The notes below the pieces were generated by a model. The model saw nothing but the letters and a program-made list of their open reading frames with translations, ran no database searches and had not been told where the DNA came from. A DNA stretch of 64,000 bases from an uncultured Chloroflexia bacterium (lineage in GTDB: Bacteria; Chloroflexota; Limnocylindria; QHBO01): contig CAVWAU010000004.1 of assembly GCA_963753125.1 (NCBI GenBank), forward strand, positions 327,200 through 391,199, in the 5' to 3' direction. This document shows positions 27,536-37,903 of the stretch, piece after piece (the first letter of the stretch is position 1; each line of letters opens with the position of its first letter). A program made the translations under genes and the position numbers.

Positions 27536-28438
27536 ATGCCTGGCCACGTCGTCGTCATCGGTTCGATCAACGTCGATCTCGTCGTCACAGCCGACCACCT
27601 CCCGTCACCCGGCGAGACGGTGCTTGGCGGCCGATTCGCCGTTCATCACGGCGGAAAGGGTGCCAACGCGGCGGTCGCCGCGGCCCGCGCGGGCGCGCAG
27701 GTGACGATGATCGCGGCGGTCGGCGCCGACGATCACGGCGAGCACGGCGTGGCGTCGCTCGAGGCGGAGGGCGTCGATGTCTCGCGCATCCGTCGCGTCG
27801 ACGGCGAGCCGACCGGCGTTGCCCTCATCGTGGTCGGGCCGCGCGGCGAGAACCAGATCACCGTCGCTCCCGGCGCCAACGCCACGCTCGAGCTCGACGC
27901 CGACGATTACGCGCTCATCGGCGAGGCCGAGGTGGTGCTCACGAACCACGAGATCCCGTCGGCCACGGTCGTCGAGGCGCTGCGCGCGGCGCGCGACGGC
28001 GGCACGCTCGCCATCCTCAATCCCGCCCCGGCGCACGCGCTGCCCTCGGAGGTGCTCTCACTCGGACCGATCCTGACGCCGAACGAGCACGAGCTGGTGG
28101 TCGCCATCGGCAACGACGAGACCGGCCCGGCCCTCGACGAGCTGGCGGTCCGCCACCACGGGCCGATCATCGTCACCCAGGGTCCCGCCGGCGCGCTCCT
28201 GGCCGATCGGGACCGCCGGCAACGGTTCTCCGGCTATCCGGCGGCGGGCATCGTCGACACGACGGGGGCGGGCGACACCTTCTGCGGCGTCCTCGCCGCC
28301 TGGCTGGCGGCGGGCGCGGCACTGCCTGAGGCGATCACGGCCGCCAACGCGGCCGGAGCGCTGTCGGTGGGTGCCGCCGGCGCTCGGGCCGGGATGCCCG
28401 GTCGCGAGGAGATCGTCTCGCTGCTCGACCCGAACTGA
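27536..28438 (+). CDS. rbsK: Ribokinase (PfkB family)
   Basis: VVVIGSINVDL, GGKGANAAVAAARAG, NPAP, DTTGAGDTF, ANAAGALSV. Confidence 0.85.
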   Translation: MPGHVVVIGSINVDLVVTADHLPSPGETVLGGRFAVHHGGKGANAAVAAARAGAQVTMIAAVGADDHGEHGVASLEAEGVDVSRIRRVDGEPTGVALIVVGPRGENQITVAPGANATLELDADDYALIGEAEVVLTNHEIPSATVVEALRAARDGGTLAILNPAPAHALPSEVLSLGPILTPNEHELVVAIGNDETGPALDELAVRHHGPIIVTQGPAGALLADRDRRQRFSGYPAAGIVDTTGAGDTFCGVLAAWLAAGAALPEAITAANAAGALSVGAAGARAGMPGREEIVSLLDPN

Positions 28439-28441
28439 GGG

Positions 28442-29194
28442 TCAGTCGCCGCGGAGGCCGAGGCCCTGGTCACCGGCCATCAGGGTCAGCGAGCCGGCGT
28501 CGATGGCGTACTCGATCTCCCCGGCGTTGAGGACTGCCATCACCGCGGCCTCGAGCTGGCCCGCCGCGCCGCCGCAGGCTTGAAGGGTGGTGATGACGTC
28601 GGTGATGCGCAGGGTGCCATCGGTCACTTCGTAGGCGCCACCCCCCGTGTTGCAGCCGTTTTCGACCGCGACGCGGCCGTCATCGGTGAAGACGAGGGTG
28701 GCGACCGGATCATCCGGCACCGATGACACCGCGTCGCCGCTGATGACCGAGTCGACGGTCCAGGAGGTCCCCGTCAGCGGCGGGTCCGGCTGGGCCACCT
28801 CCGCATCCTGCAGCGCGACCACGGTCGCGCCCGAGGTCAGGGTGAGCTTGTCGCCCTCCTGCGCGACCGATGGCTGCGAGCCGAGGAAGCCGAACAGCCA
28901 GTCGTCCTGCGCGTGGCGCTCGTCGTCGCAGCCCATCTCGGTCATCCCGCCGCCCTCGAAGGCGAGGCGCCCATCCTCGATCCGGTAGGACCCGCCCATC
29001 GTGTTGCAGCCGGCCGATGCGCCAAGCTGGCCATCGGTGAAGGTGAGGCGGATCTGCGTGCCGTCCACGAGCGGCCGATCGGCTCCATCCTCGGTCACGG
29101 CGGTCGAGAGCCACTCGGTCCCGTCGAGGGTCGGGCCCGGCGTCGCTGTGCAGGCCGTGAGCAGTACCGCGACGAGGACCAGGCGGAGAGTCAT
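28442..29194 (-). CDS. Lipoprotein with two META (HslJ-like) domains
   Basis: Lipobox LLTAC. Duplicated G(T)xW...L(T/V)F(T)DG...GCN(T)xGG(S/A)Y blocks. Confidence 0.8.
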   Translation of the reverse strand: MTLRLVLVAVLLTACTATPGPTLDGTEWLSTAVTEDGADRPLVDGTQIRLTFTDGQLGASAGCNTMGGSYRIEDGRLAFEGGGMTEMGCDDERHAQDDWLFGFLGSQPSVAQEGDKLTLTSGATVVALQDAEVAQPDPPLTGTSWTVDSVISGDAVSSVPDDPVATLVFTDDGRVAVENGCNTGGGAYEVTDGTLRITDVITTLQACGGAAGQLEAAVMAVLNAGEIEYAIDAGSLTLMAGDQGLGLRGD

Positions 29195-29255
29195 CGCGCG
29201 GTTGACGCGGGCCGGTCCCTCGGAGTTCCGCTTCCAACCCTACCCCTCTCTCGAT

Positions 29256-30056
29256 TCAATGCGCCGCTGGCGCTGGGGCGAGCTGATCCGCATCCGGCTC
29301 GGTCCGCACGGTCGTCCATCGCGACCAGGAGGTGACGACAATCGGAACGGCGATCAGGGCCATCCCGATGCCGCTGTACGTGAACAGCGTGCCCACGTCG
29401 CTGACCGGGAACAACAGGGATCCGGAGAGGTTGCCTGCGCCGTGCATCAGCGTCGCCAACCAGGCGCTCGGGGTCCCGAGCCATAGCGATGTCAGAAGGA
29501 ACGAGAAGGGCATGACCCAGATCGCGAACGCGAGGAACGAGTTTCCGTAGGAGGGCATGCCCGGGATGAAGTAGAGCGGGCTGTGCCAGAGGATCCACAC
29601 GATCGCGACGATCGCGGTGGCCACGATTGGTGACTGCCTGCGCAACAGGCCCGGGAGGAGGAACCCGCGCCATCCGATCTCCTCCCCGATGACGAGGAAG
29701 AAGAGCACGAGCAGGATCGGTTCTACATTCCCAGGGACCGCAAGCGCCCCATTGCCCGTGAGCACGAATAGGAGGTGGCCGATGGCAGCGCCCGCGAGCG
29801 GCAATCCGAGAGCCGCCAGATACCAGCCCGGATGGACCCGCCAACGAGTGGTGATGGCCCATAGCTCGCCCACGCCGGCGCGGCCGCGCCAAACACGTGC
29901 CACCAGGAAGGCCGCGGCCGCTGGGCCGAAAATCGCGAGCAGGCCGAATGCCAGCGAGACGTTGAGCAGCAGCGCCAGGCTGATCGAAAAGGCATATGCC
30001 AGAACGACGTACGTGGCCAGCGGGTAAGCCCGAACCAGCCTCGCCATGGTCGACAT
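29256..30056 (-). CDS. CPBP-family intramembrane glutamic endopeptidase (CAAX protease-like)
   Basis: Multi-TM. EEIGWRGFLLP motif, later WHSP and HGAGN. Start is ATG 30056 or 30047. Confidence 0.8.
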   Translation of the reverse strand: MSTMARLVRAYPLATYVVLAYAFSISLALLLNVSLAFGLLAIFGPAAAAFLVARVWRGRAGVGELWAITTRWRVHPGWYLAALGLPLAGAAIGHLLFVLTGNGALAVPGNVEPILLVLFFLVIGEEIGWRGFLLPGLLRRQSPIVATAIVAIVWILWHSPLYFIPGMPSYGNSFLAFAIWVMPFSFLLTSLWLGTPSAWLATLMHGAGNLSGSLLFPVSDVGTLFTYSGIGMALIAVPIVVTSWSRWTTVRTEPDADQLAPAPAAH

Positions 30057-30239
30057 CGTGACATCACCCCCAGCCACACGCGGCAAGCGCTATCCCCTGT
30101 TGCCCCTCGAGGAGTATCCCACCTCGCTCGGCGATGGCACGCCGACTGCACGCGTTCGGATCATCTTCCGGCCATAGAAGGTGACCTGCCTTTCGTGCCC
30201 GATGGCCTACGCCAGACGGGGGGCAACCGGGAGGTATAC

Positions 30240-31853
30240 ATGACAGGCCTTCGACGCACCCGACGCATCTCGGCGGTGATGCTCGCAACACTCCTCGTGT
30301 TCACGCTCGGCGCACCGGCGACCGCGAAGGACATCAGCGAGTCGAAGGGGTTCCGCAAGGCGGTGACCGTCGCCGGAATCCGCGAGCATCAGCTAGCCCT
30401 CCAGGGCTTCGCCGATGCGTTCGGCGGCAATCGAGTCTCGGGCGGCGCAGGTGGGTATGACGCATCGGCGCAGTACGTCTACGACACGATGACCGCCGCC
30501 GGGTACAACGTGAGCTTCCAGGAGTTCATCTTCCCCTACAACGCGGACAGGACGCCACCGATCTTCCAACAGCTGGCGCCTGACCAGGTCACGTACGTGG
30601 ACGGCGTGCAATTCTCGTCGATGACGTACTCGCCGAACGGCGACGACGCGGGCAACCTCATCGCCGTCGATATCAACTTCGCCTCGCCACTGGCCTCCAC
30701 GAGCGGCTGCACGGCGAGTGACTACGCGGGCTTCCCCGTAGGTGAGATCGCGCTCGTCCAACGCGGCGGATGCACCTTCGCCGTCAAGAGCCAGGTGGCG
30801 GCCGCTGCAGGTGCTGGCGCGACCGTCGTCTTCAACAATCAGGCAGGGCAGCTTGCCGGCACCCTCTCCGAGCCCCAGACGCACAGCACCCCGATCATCG
30901 GTACGCTGCAGGAGATCGGGAACGATCTCGCCAATGGGGTCGCCAACGGGGACACGGGCGCAGACGTGCGCGTGCGCGTCGACCGTATCAACGAGAACCG
31001 ACCGACCCGCAACGTGATCGCCGAGACCCCAGATGGCGATCCCGATCGAGTCGTCGTGGTCGGGGCGCACCTCGACAGCGTTCCTCGCGGCCCGGGCATC
31101 AACGACAACGGCTCCGGATCCGCCGCACTGCTCGAGATCGCGCAGGTGTACGCGGAGCAGGGACGCGAGAGCCGCAACAAGCTGCGGTTCATGTGGTTCG
31201 GGGCTGAGGAGTTCGGCCTCCTGGGTTCGAGACACTACGTCAGCACCCTGAGCCAGGAGCAGCGAGACGACATCGAGCTGATGATCAACTTCGACATGGT
31301 CGGCTCGCCGAACTACGTGCGCTTCGTGTACGACGGCGACAACTCGATGTGCACATCGACGCCGCCGGCGACTGGATGCCCTGGCGCGATCGGTCCGCCT
31401 GGCTCGGCGTACATCGAGAGCGTCTTCGTCGAGTACTTCAACAGCCAGCGGCTCGCCAACGAGCCCACCCTCTTCAGCGGCCGATCCGACTACGGCCCGT
31501 TCATCACCGCCGGCATCCCGGCAGGTGGCCTGTTCACAGGCGCGGAGGGGATCAAGACAACCGCGCAGGCCACCACCTACGGCGGCACCGCCGGCACTCA
31601 GTACGACCCGTGCTACCACCTCGCCTGCGACACGTTCGCAGGCACCGGCAGCGGTGCGGGAGCCACCTCGCCGGGTCTCGGCGTCAAGGCGCTCGACGAG
31701 ATGTCGGACGCCATGGCCCACGCGGTGCTGACATTCGCTCGGACCAAGGTCAACGTGGCCCAGACGCAGGCCACGACCGCAATTCGCTCCAGCGGAAGCC
31801 CGGCACAGCTCGATTTCGGCCCGGAGACCGATGATGACCGGGTGAGCGAGTGA
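30240..31853 (+). CDS. Secreted M28-family aminopeptidase with PA domain
   Basis: ATG 30240 after GGGAGG. Signal peptide. VVVGAHLDSVPRGPGINDNGSGSA, FMWFGAEEFGLLGS, NFDMVGSPN, GRSDYGPF. PA insert (IALVQRGGCTFAVK). Confidence 0.85.
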   Translation: MTGLRRTRRISAVMLATLLVFTLGAPATAKDISESKGFRKAVTVAGIREHQLALQGFADAFGGNRVSGGAGGYDASAQYVYDTMTAAGYNVSFQEFIFPYNADRTPPIFQQLAPDQVTYVDGVQFSSMTYSPNGDDAGNLIAVDINFASPLASTSGCTASDYAGFPVGEIALVQRGGCTFAVKSQVAAAAGAGATVVFNNQAGQLAGTLSEPQTHSTPIIGTLQEIGNDLANGVANGDTGADVRVRVDRINENRPTRNVIAETPDGDPDRVVVVGAHLDSVPRGPGINDNGSGSAALLEIAQVYAEQGRESRNKLRFMWFGAEEFGLLGSRHYVSTLSQEQRDDIELMINFDMVGSPNYVRFVYDGDNSMCTSTPPATGCPGAIGPPGSAYIESVFVEYFNSQRLANEPTLFSGRSDYGPFITAGIPAGGLFTGAEGIKTTAQATTYGGTAGTQYDPCYHLACDTFAGTGSGAGATSPGLGVKALDEMSDAMAHAVLTFARTKVNVAQTQATTAIRSSGSPAQLDFGPETDDDRVSE

Positions 31854-31874
31854 CCGGCTGACCCATCACGTAAC

Positions 31875-31902
31875 GAGGGCCCTCGCTCCGGCGAGGGCCC
31901 TC
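31875..31902. terminator. Perfect 12-bp GC hairpin between convergent genes
   Basis: GAGGGCCCTCGC-tccg-GCGAGGGCCCTC. Confidence 0.75.
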
Positions 31903-31920
31903 TCCACAGCGCGCGCGCGC

Positions 31921-32661
31921 CTAGTCCCTGACCGCGAACCTCGCCCGATAGGACTGCACGGCGGCCTCGATCAGCTGCTCGTCGGACCGAGGGGCGTTGC
32001 CCGGCCCCTCGGCGAGCTGCTCGCGAACCCGGGCCGCGAGTCGCGCCGCGAGCTGCCGCCTCGCATTCACCTCGAGGCTGGAGCGGCGGGCGAGGAAGGT
32101 CCGCAGCACGGTGTAGTCGTGCGCGGTCAGCCGCGACGTGTCGAGGGTGGGAGCACCTGCCTGGGACGGGACGCGCGAGAGCACCTGCGGTGCCGGCAGC
32201 TTCCGCTCGCGGATCACGATCGTTCCGGCCGCGAGGTCGCCGAGCCGCTGGTAGCGCGGCGTGACGACCATCGAGATCAGGGCCACGAATGGCAGCAGCA
32301 TCACCTCGACGATGCGGACGAGGTTGCGGACCGCGACCGGCGCGAGGCCGGCCGGCTGCCCATCGGTGCGAACCACCCGGATGCCCTGCAGCCGCTTTCC
32401 CGGGGTCTGGCCGCGACGCAGCAGCTCGAAGGCCGGGAAGTAGAGCCACAGGACGACGAACCCGAGCAGGCTGAGGCCGACCGCCTCGACGGTGCCCCCC
32501 ACCCCGTCGAGCACGAAGACGAAGAAGAACGGCAGCAGCACGACGACCTGGATGAGGGTGTCGACGATCAGCGCGATCGACCTCGAGCCGATCCCGGCAA
32601 CGTCGGCTCTGAGCTGGACCGCCTCCGGCGTGATCACGGTCCCCGCGTAGTCCGGCCTCAT
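31921..32661 (-). CDS. RDD-family membrane protein
   Basis: 246 aa from ATG 32661. ...GSRSIALIVDTLIQ..., RRGQTPGKRLQGIRVV, GDLAAGTIVI. C-terminal soluble extension. Confidence 0.8.
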   Translation of the reverse strand: MRPDYAGTVITPEAVQLRADVAGIGSRSIALIVDTLIQVVVLLPFFFVFVLDGVGGTVEAVGLSLLGFVVLWLYFPAFELLRRGQTPGKRLQGIRVVRTDGQPAGLAPVAVRNLVRIVEVMLLPFVALISMVVTPRYQRLGDLAAGTIVIRERKLPAPQVLSRVPSQAGAPTLDTSRLTAHDYTVLRTFLARRSSLEVNARRQLAARLAARVREQLAEGPGNAPRSDEQLIEAAVQSYRARFAVRD

Positions 32662-32703
32662 CGCGCCTCCGTGTCCCTGCTTCGCTCCTACACTGCGCTC
32701 AGC

Positions 32704-33684
32704 GTGGACCTCGATTCTTACATCGCCAAGCACCGAGGTGAATGGCACGCGCTCGAGAGCGCAGTGGGCCGTTCGTACCGTGGCTCGCGTGCCGGCGCCG
32801 AGGTCACCGAGATGATCCGCCTCTACCTTCGCGCGTCGTCGCACCTGGCCGAGGTCCAGTCGCGGTACCACGATCCGGCACTGGTCGACTACCTCAACGG
32901 CCTGGTGGCGCGGGCGCATGCCGCGATCTACGGCACCGCGCCGCGGTCGTTCCGAGCGGCCATCGCGCTGTTCGGGGCCCGATACCGAGCGGCGATCCGG
33001 CGAACCGCGCCGTACATCCTGGTCGTGGCGGCGGTGCTGTTCGGGGTGATGCTGGCCACAAACGCGTGGGTGGCGACCTCGGCGGAGGCCCAGGCCGGCG
33101 TCATCCCGCCCGCCGCGCGCGACGCCGTGGAGCGCGTCGACGACACGGTCACCGACGTCGAGCTGGGCGGCGCCGAGATGTCGACGTTCATCTTCCAGAA
33201 CAACGTCCAGGTCGCCTTCCTGGCCTTCGCGCTCGGCATCACGCTGGGGATCGGAACGCTGTTCGTGATCGTGCAGAACGCCGCGTTCATCGGCCTCCTC
33301 GCCGGCGCGTTCCAGGCTGCCGACAAGGCGCACCTGTTCTGGGCGCTCGTGCTCCCCCACGGATTCCTGGAGCTCATGGCGATCTGCATCGCGGGGGGTG
33401 CCGGGCTGCGCATCGGCTGGTCGCTGGTGGACCCCGGCGATCGGTTTCGTCTCACCGCCCTGGCAGAGGAGTCACGGGATGCGGTGCTGGTCGTCATCGG
33501 TGTCATTCCCGCCTTCGGGATCGCGGCGCTGATCGAGGGGTTCGTGACCGGCCGGACGGGCATGCCGATCCTCGAGGTCGCCCTCGGTGCGGTGGTGGCG
33601 GTCGGCTATCTCGCGTTCCTCTTCGGCTGGCGCCGCTCTCTGCCTGCCAGCCTGCCCGTGCCTACAGCCGCCCGAGCGCCTTGA
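32704..33684 (+). CDS. Stage II sporulation protein M-like (DUF95) membrane protein
   Basis: GTG 32704 (VDLDSYIAKHRGEWHALE...). IFQNNVQVAF, LPHGFLELMAICIAGGAG, EGFVT. Confidence 0.75.
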   Translation: MDLDSYIAKHRGEWHALESAVGRSYRGSRAGAEVTEMIRLYLRASSHLAEVQSRYHDPALVDYLNGLVARAHAAIYGTAPRSFRAAIALFGARYRAAIRRTAPYILVVAAVLFGVMLATNAWVATSAEAQAGVIPPAARDAVERVDDTVTDVELGGAEMSTFIFQNNVQVAFLAFALGITLGIGTLFVIVQNAAFIGLLAGAFQAADKAHLFWALVLPHGFLELMAICIAGGAGLRIGWSLVDPGDRFRLTALAEESRDAVLVVIGVIPAFGIAALIEGFVTGRTGMPILEVALGAVVAVGYLAFLFGWRRSLPASLPVPTAARAP

Positions 33685-34966
33685 CGCGCAGGTACTCGTC
33701 GGCCACCCGGCCTGCGAGCTCGTGCGGGTGCAGGTCGAAGGTCGGCACGCCCATCCGCCGCAGCAGCGCCGCTGCGTCATCGCGCCACTGCAGGAATCCC
33801 GAGGCGGCCGCCTTCTCGTAGGCCTCGGCCGAGGTCCCCGGAGCGGTACGCGCCATCGACTCGACGTCCGGATCGCGGACCGCGGCGATCATCAGAATGT
33901 GGCGCGACAGCAGGACGGGCACGGCCTGGAGCAGGGGTTCGAGGACCGATCGCTCCGAGAGGTCGGTGAAGAGCACCATCAGCGCACGTCGCCGATGCCG
34001 TCGCAGCACGCCGGCGAACGCCCCGCCGTAGTTCGGCGCCTCGAGCCACGGCTGGATGCCGAACAGCAGGTCGATGATCCGATGCGGCTGGTCGCGGCTG
34101 CCGCGCGGGTCGAGCATCGCGCGCACCTCCTGCCCGAAGGCGACGACGCCGACGTGGTCGCCGATCCGCGAGCCGAGCTCGGCGACCGCGATCGCCGCGT
34201 CGAGCGCGTGCTCGAGTCGGGACACTCCCTCCACCTGGCCGGCCATCGCGCGGCTCGCGTCGAGCAGCAGGATCAGCTGCTGGTTCTTCTCCTCGCGATA
34301 CTGGTTCGCGATCGCCGTCGAGGATCTGGCCGTGGCGCGCCAGTTGATGCGGCGGAACTCGTCGTCCGGCACGTACTCCCGCAGGGCATCGAACTCGCTG
34401 CCGCCCCCGCGGATCGCCGACGATCGCACCCCCGACTGGAGCAGCCGGCCGCGGCGGAGGCGCAGCGCAACCTCGTCGCGGCCGCGCAGCGCGGGGTAGA
34501 CCTTCACGTCCTGAACGAGGGGCAGCGTCGCCTGCCGCCCGGCGAGGCCCATCGGTCCGGCGGTCCGCACCGTCAGCGGCCCGAGCGCGAACCGGCCTCG
34601 ACGCGTCGGCTCGACGTCGGCCGGGAGCTCGAGCCAGCCGCCCGGCCCGATCGCGGCCCAGTGACGCCGCGGCGAGCGCCCCATCGAGGGCAGCGTCGCG
34701 TCGTGGAGCGCGACCTCAAGGCGCCTCGCGGTCGGGTTGTGGGCGAAGAGGACGGCCTCCGCCGGCCTCCGCAGTCTGAGCACGCGCGGAGCCTGCCGTC
34801 GGGGCTGGAGGGAGGCGGGCGACGGCGCGAGCGCCACGTCGACTGCCACGAGGGCGAGCACGAGGACGAGGCCGACCGCGAGGACGATCCACGGCGACAC
34901 CGGCGCGATCAGCGCGGCGGCGGCCACCAGCAGGATCGCCAGGGGCAGCCGGCGGCCGAGGTACAT
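33662..34966 (-). CDS. DUF58 domain protein (vWA-like, MoxR partner)
   Basis: ATG 34966. N-terminal TM pair. GGSEFDALREYVPDDEFRRINWRATAR, LILLLDASRAM. Confidence 0.85.
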   Translation of the reverse strand: MYLGRRLPLAILLVAAAALIAPVSPWIVLAVGLVLVLALVAVDVALAPSPASLQPRRQAPRVLRLRRPAEAVLFAHNPTARRLEVALHDATLPSMGRSPRRHWAAIGPGGWLELPADVEPTRRGRFALGPLTVRTAGPMGLAGRQATLPLVQDVKVYPALRGRDEVALRLRRGRLLQSGVRSSAIRGGGSEFDALREYVPDDEFRRINWRATARSSTAIANQYREEKNQQLILLLDASRAMAGQVEGVSRLEHALDAAIAVAELGSRIGDHVGVVAFGQEVRAMLDPRGSRDQPHRIIDLLFGIQPWLEAPNYGGAFAGVLRRHRRRALMVLFTDLSERSVLEPLLQAVPVLLSRHILMIAAVRDPDVESMARTAPGTSAEAYEKAAASGFLQWRDDAAALLRRMGVPTFDLHPHELAGRVADEYLRVKALGRL

Positions 34967-34968
34967 CG

Positions 34969-35919
34969 CTAGCGCGGGACCGGCACGCGATCGACGATGG
35001 CCGCGACCACGGAGTCGGCGGTGCCACCCTCGAGCTCGACTTCGGGCCGGAGCACGACGCGATGCCGCCACGCCGGCTTCACGAGCGCCTTCACGTCGTC
35101 CGGCGTTACGAACTCGCGACCGCCCAGGTAGGCCGAGGCCTTGACGGCGACCAGCAGCATGGCGGCCGCTCGCGGGCTCACCCCGAGGACGAGGGACGGC
35201 GTGCGTCGGGTCTCGGCTGCCAGATCGAGGACGTACTCGACCACCTCGTCGGCCACCTCGACTTCCCGCACCTGCCGAGCGCCCTCGCGGAGCTCCTCGG
35301 CGCCCGCGACGGGCTCGACGCCGAGGCTGGCCAGGTCGTGGGGATCGCGTCCCTCGTCGTGCATCCGCAGGACCGAGCGCTCGTCGTCGCGGTCCGGGTA
35401 GCCGACCGCCAGCTTGAACAGGAACCGGTCCAGCTGCGCCTCGGGCAGCGGATAGGTGCCCTCGAACTCGATCGGGTTCTGGGTGGCGACCACGAGGAAC
35501 GGATCAGGAAGCGCCGAGCTCTCGCCCTCGATCGTCACCTGCCGCTCCTCCATCGCCTCGAGCAGGGCGGCCTGCGTCTTCGGCGGTGTCCGGTTGATCT
35601 CATCGGCCAGCAGGAAGTTCGTGAACACCGGCCCTCGGCGGAATCGGAACTCGCCGGTGCCCGCCGCATAGACGACGTTGCCGGTGATGTCGGACGGCAT
35701 GAGGTCCGGCGCCAGCTGGATCCGGCGAAACTCGAGGTCGAGCGACCTCGCCAGCGCCTTGACCGTGAGCGTCTTGGCCACGCCGGGGACGCCCTCGAGG
35801 AGGACGTGGCCGCGGACCAGCAGGGCGACCAGGAGGCCGTCGACGACATCGTCGTGCCCGGCCACCGCCTTCGCCACCTCCGTGCGGACCGCGGCGAGTG
35901 ACTCGCGAGGATCGTTCAT
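34969..35919 (-). CDS. MoxR-family AAA+ ATPase
   Basis: 316 aa. LLEGVPGVAKT (Walker A), LLADEINR (Walker B), VVATQNP, LDRF. Confidence 0.92.
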   Translation of the reverse strand: MNDPRESLAAVRTEVAKAVAGHDDVVDGLLVALLVRGHVLLEGVPGVAKTLTVKALARSLDLEFRRIQLAPDLMPSDITGNVVYAAGTGEFRFRRGPVFTNFLLADEINRTPPKTQAALLEAMEERQVTIEGESSALPDPFLVVATQNPIEFEGTYPLPEAQLDRFLFKLAVGYPDRDDERSVLRMHDEGRDPHDLASLGVEPVAGAEELREGARQVREVEVADEVVEYVLDLAAETRRTPSLVLGVSPRAAAMLLVAVKASAYLGGREFVTPDDVKALVKPAWRHRVVLRPEVELEGGTADSVVAAIVDRVPVPR

Positions 35920-36920
35920 CTGCTCCCCATCTCTGCTCGGGCGGAAAGCCCTTCCAACTCAGCCCCCAGCTCCATCAGCTCATCGTCGTCACGAGGGTCC
36001 CGGCCCGCGAGAATCTCCTCGACTTCTTGCTGCGGCAGCCCGCTGGCGCGGGCCAGCGCGCCGGAGATGTCGTGACCGCCGCCCGCGCCGAGGCGCCTCG
36101 ACATCCTCGCCGCCGCCGCGCGCCGCATCAGCCCGCCGGCATACGCGGTGGCTCTCGCCTGGCGGTACATGCGTCCCGCGGCGCGGACCAGCTCGCTTCC
36201 CGGGATCGGTGCGACCGGCTCCTCGACCACCGGTCGTCCGAGCCGCCGGGCGCGGACGAGAGCGAAGGCAACCGCCGCCATGACGATCGCCACCAGCGCG
36301 GCACGGGCACCATCCGGCAACGCGTCCCAGAGCCCCATCGCGGCCGGAGGCGCCACCGACGGCGGGCCGAAGACCACCTCGGGGCCCTCACCTGCCACCT
36401 GCGCGGCGAGGACGGCGTTGTCGGACTCGCGCAGCAGAGTCGTCGTGAACGGGCTCGGGCCGCCGAGCAGGGTGACGCTGCCCTCGCCATAAGCGCGGGT
36501 CAGGAGGAGCGCTCCATCCCCCACCGGGAAGCACGACACCATGGCCGGATCGCTCGACCGGAGGACGCGGTCGGTCGATCGGACCGCGATACGCTCGACG
36601 CCGACGACGGCTGGAGCGATGCAGCCCGGCTCGAGCTCCACCACGCCCGTGAACCCGATCGTCTCGGCCGCCGACGCCCCGACCATCCCGACGATCGCGG
36701 AGTCGGGGGACGTCACGACGAGATGACCGCCGCCCTCGACCCAGTCCAGGATCGGCTGCGCCTCGTCGGGGGTCCGCACGTCGGCGAGCAGGACGAGCGT
36801 CCCGCCCGCGGCAGGCAGCCCCTCGCGATCGCTGACGTCGAGGCCGAGACCGGTCAGATATCGGCGCAGTGCCTGCGTGTCGTTCGGGTCCTCGGTGCGC
36901 GGCGTCAGCACCACCAGCAC
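35916..36920 (-). CDS. DUF4350 domain protein (N-terminus possibly frame-disrupted)
   Basis: LVLLADVRTPDEAQPILDWVEGGGHLVV... with an internal TM. A GTG at 36972 overlaps the upstream stop (GTGA) but is in another frame, which suggests a frame change near 36950. The conservative start GTG 36920 is given. Confidence 0.75.
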   Translation of the reverse strand: MLVVLTPRTEDPNDTQALRRYLTGLGLDVSDREGLPAAGGTLVLLADVRTPDEAQPILDWVEGGGHLVVTSPDSAIVGMVGASAAETIGFTGVVELEPGCIAPAVVGVERIAVRSTDRVLRSSDPAMVSCFPVGDGALLLTRAYGEGSVTLLGGPSPFTTTLLRESDNAVLAAQVAGEGPEVVFGPPSVAPPAAMGLWDALPDGARAALVAIVMAAVAFALVRARRLGRPVVEEPVAPIPGSELVRAAGRMYRQARATAYAGGLMRRAAAARMSRRLGAGGGHDISGALARASGLPQQEVEEILAGRDPRDDDELMELGAELEGLSARAEMGSR

Positions 36921-36968
36921 GGCCAGCGCAGCGACGGCTCCGGCGATCAGCGAGTCGCCGCCGGGTGA

Positions 36969-37903
36969 TCACGGGTTCCTCGCCTGCGCGGCGGCGTCGC
37001 GGAGGTGCTCGACGTCCCGTTCGTCGGGCGCCGCTCCGCCGTAGACCACCCGCTCGTACGACTCGGTGGCACGAGCGATCGCGGGGAAGAGCGCCGGTCG
37101 CCTGCGCTGCACCGCGAAGCGCGCCTCGCCCGCGGTCAGCGCCGGCGCTTCCGCGACGATGCCTCGCCCGGCAAGGACGACCAGCAGGGCCAGGTACAGG
37201 GCGCGGACGGCCTCGTGGAGGTCACCTGCCCGCAGTGCCTCCTCCGCTCGCGCCGCCCAGTCCACCGACTCGCTCGCGCGCAGCGATCGTGCGGCCGGCG
37301 ACACGCGATCGGGCACCAGCCGCGCCCGGAACAGGAGCAGCACAGCGATCGCGGCGATGGCGATGAGGACGATCCATGCCAGCGCGTTCCCGGCGTTCGC
37401 GAGCACGTCCCCGAAACGCTGGAGGATCGCCTCGATCACCTCGCCGATGACCCGCAGGATCTCGCTGAGCAGGTCGGGCCGGGGCGGGACCACGCCGCGA
37501 TAGGCCTCGTCGAGCGCCGCGGCGACGCGGGCGGAGTCGACGGGCTGGGCCGAGACCGCATCGGCGAACGAACGCTCGAGGGTCGGCCAGCCGCTCGCTC
37601 GCGACCTCGAAGTCGGCGACGGCGTCGCCGGGCAGCCCCTCGAGGATCGGGTCCGGTCCGACCTCGCCGACCCACTCGCCGATGGCGATCTCGACGGGCA
37701 GGCCCAGCGCATCGCGCACATCGGCCATGCGCTCCGACGATGGGGCGGCTGCCGTCCAGCTGGGCAAGCTCCTGCGCCCGCTGCAGCCTCTCCAGGTACT
37801 CGTCCGGGCTGACCTCTGTCTGGGCGAGGCCCGGTCCGACGACCGCGAGCGTGCCTGCCAGTGCCACGATCGGCACCAGCAGCCGGAGGCCCCTCCGCCT
37901 CAC
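36969..37903 (-). pseudogene. DUF4129 domain protein, two frame changes in the N-terminal half
   Basis: GTG 37903 (VRRRGLRLLVPIVALAGTLAVVGPGLAQTEVSPDEYLERL...) overlaps the upstream stop (GTGA). The frame changes near 37750 (to ...ERMADVRDALGLPVEIAIGEWV...) and near 37590 (to ...FADAVSAQPVDSARVAAALDEAY...). The C-terminal DUF4129 block is ...TAGEARFAV...YERVVYGG. Confidence 0.7.
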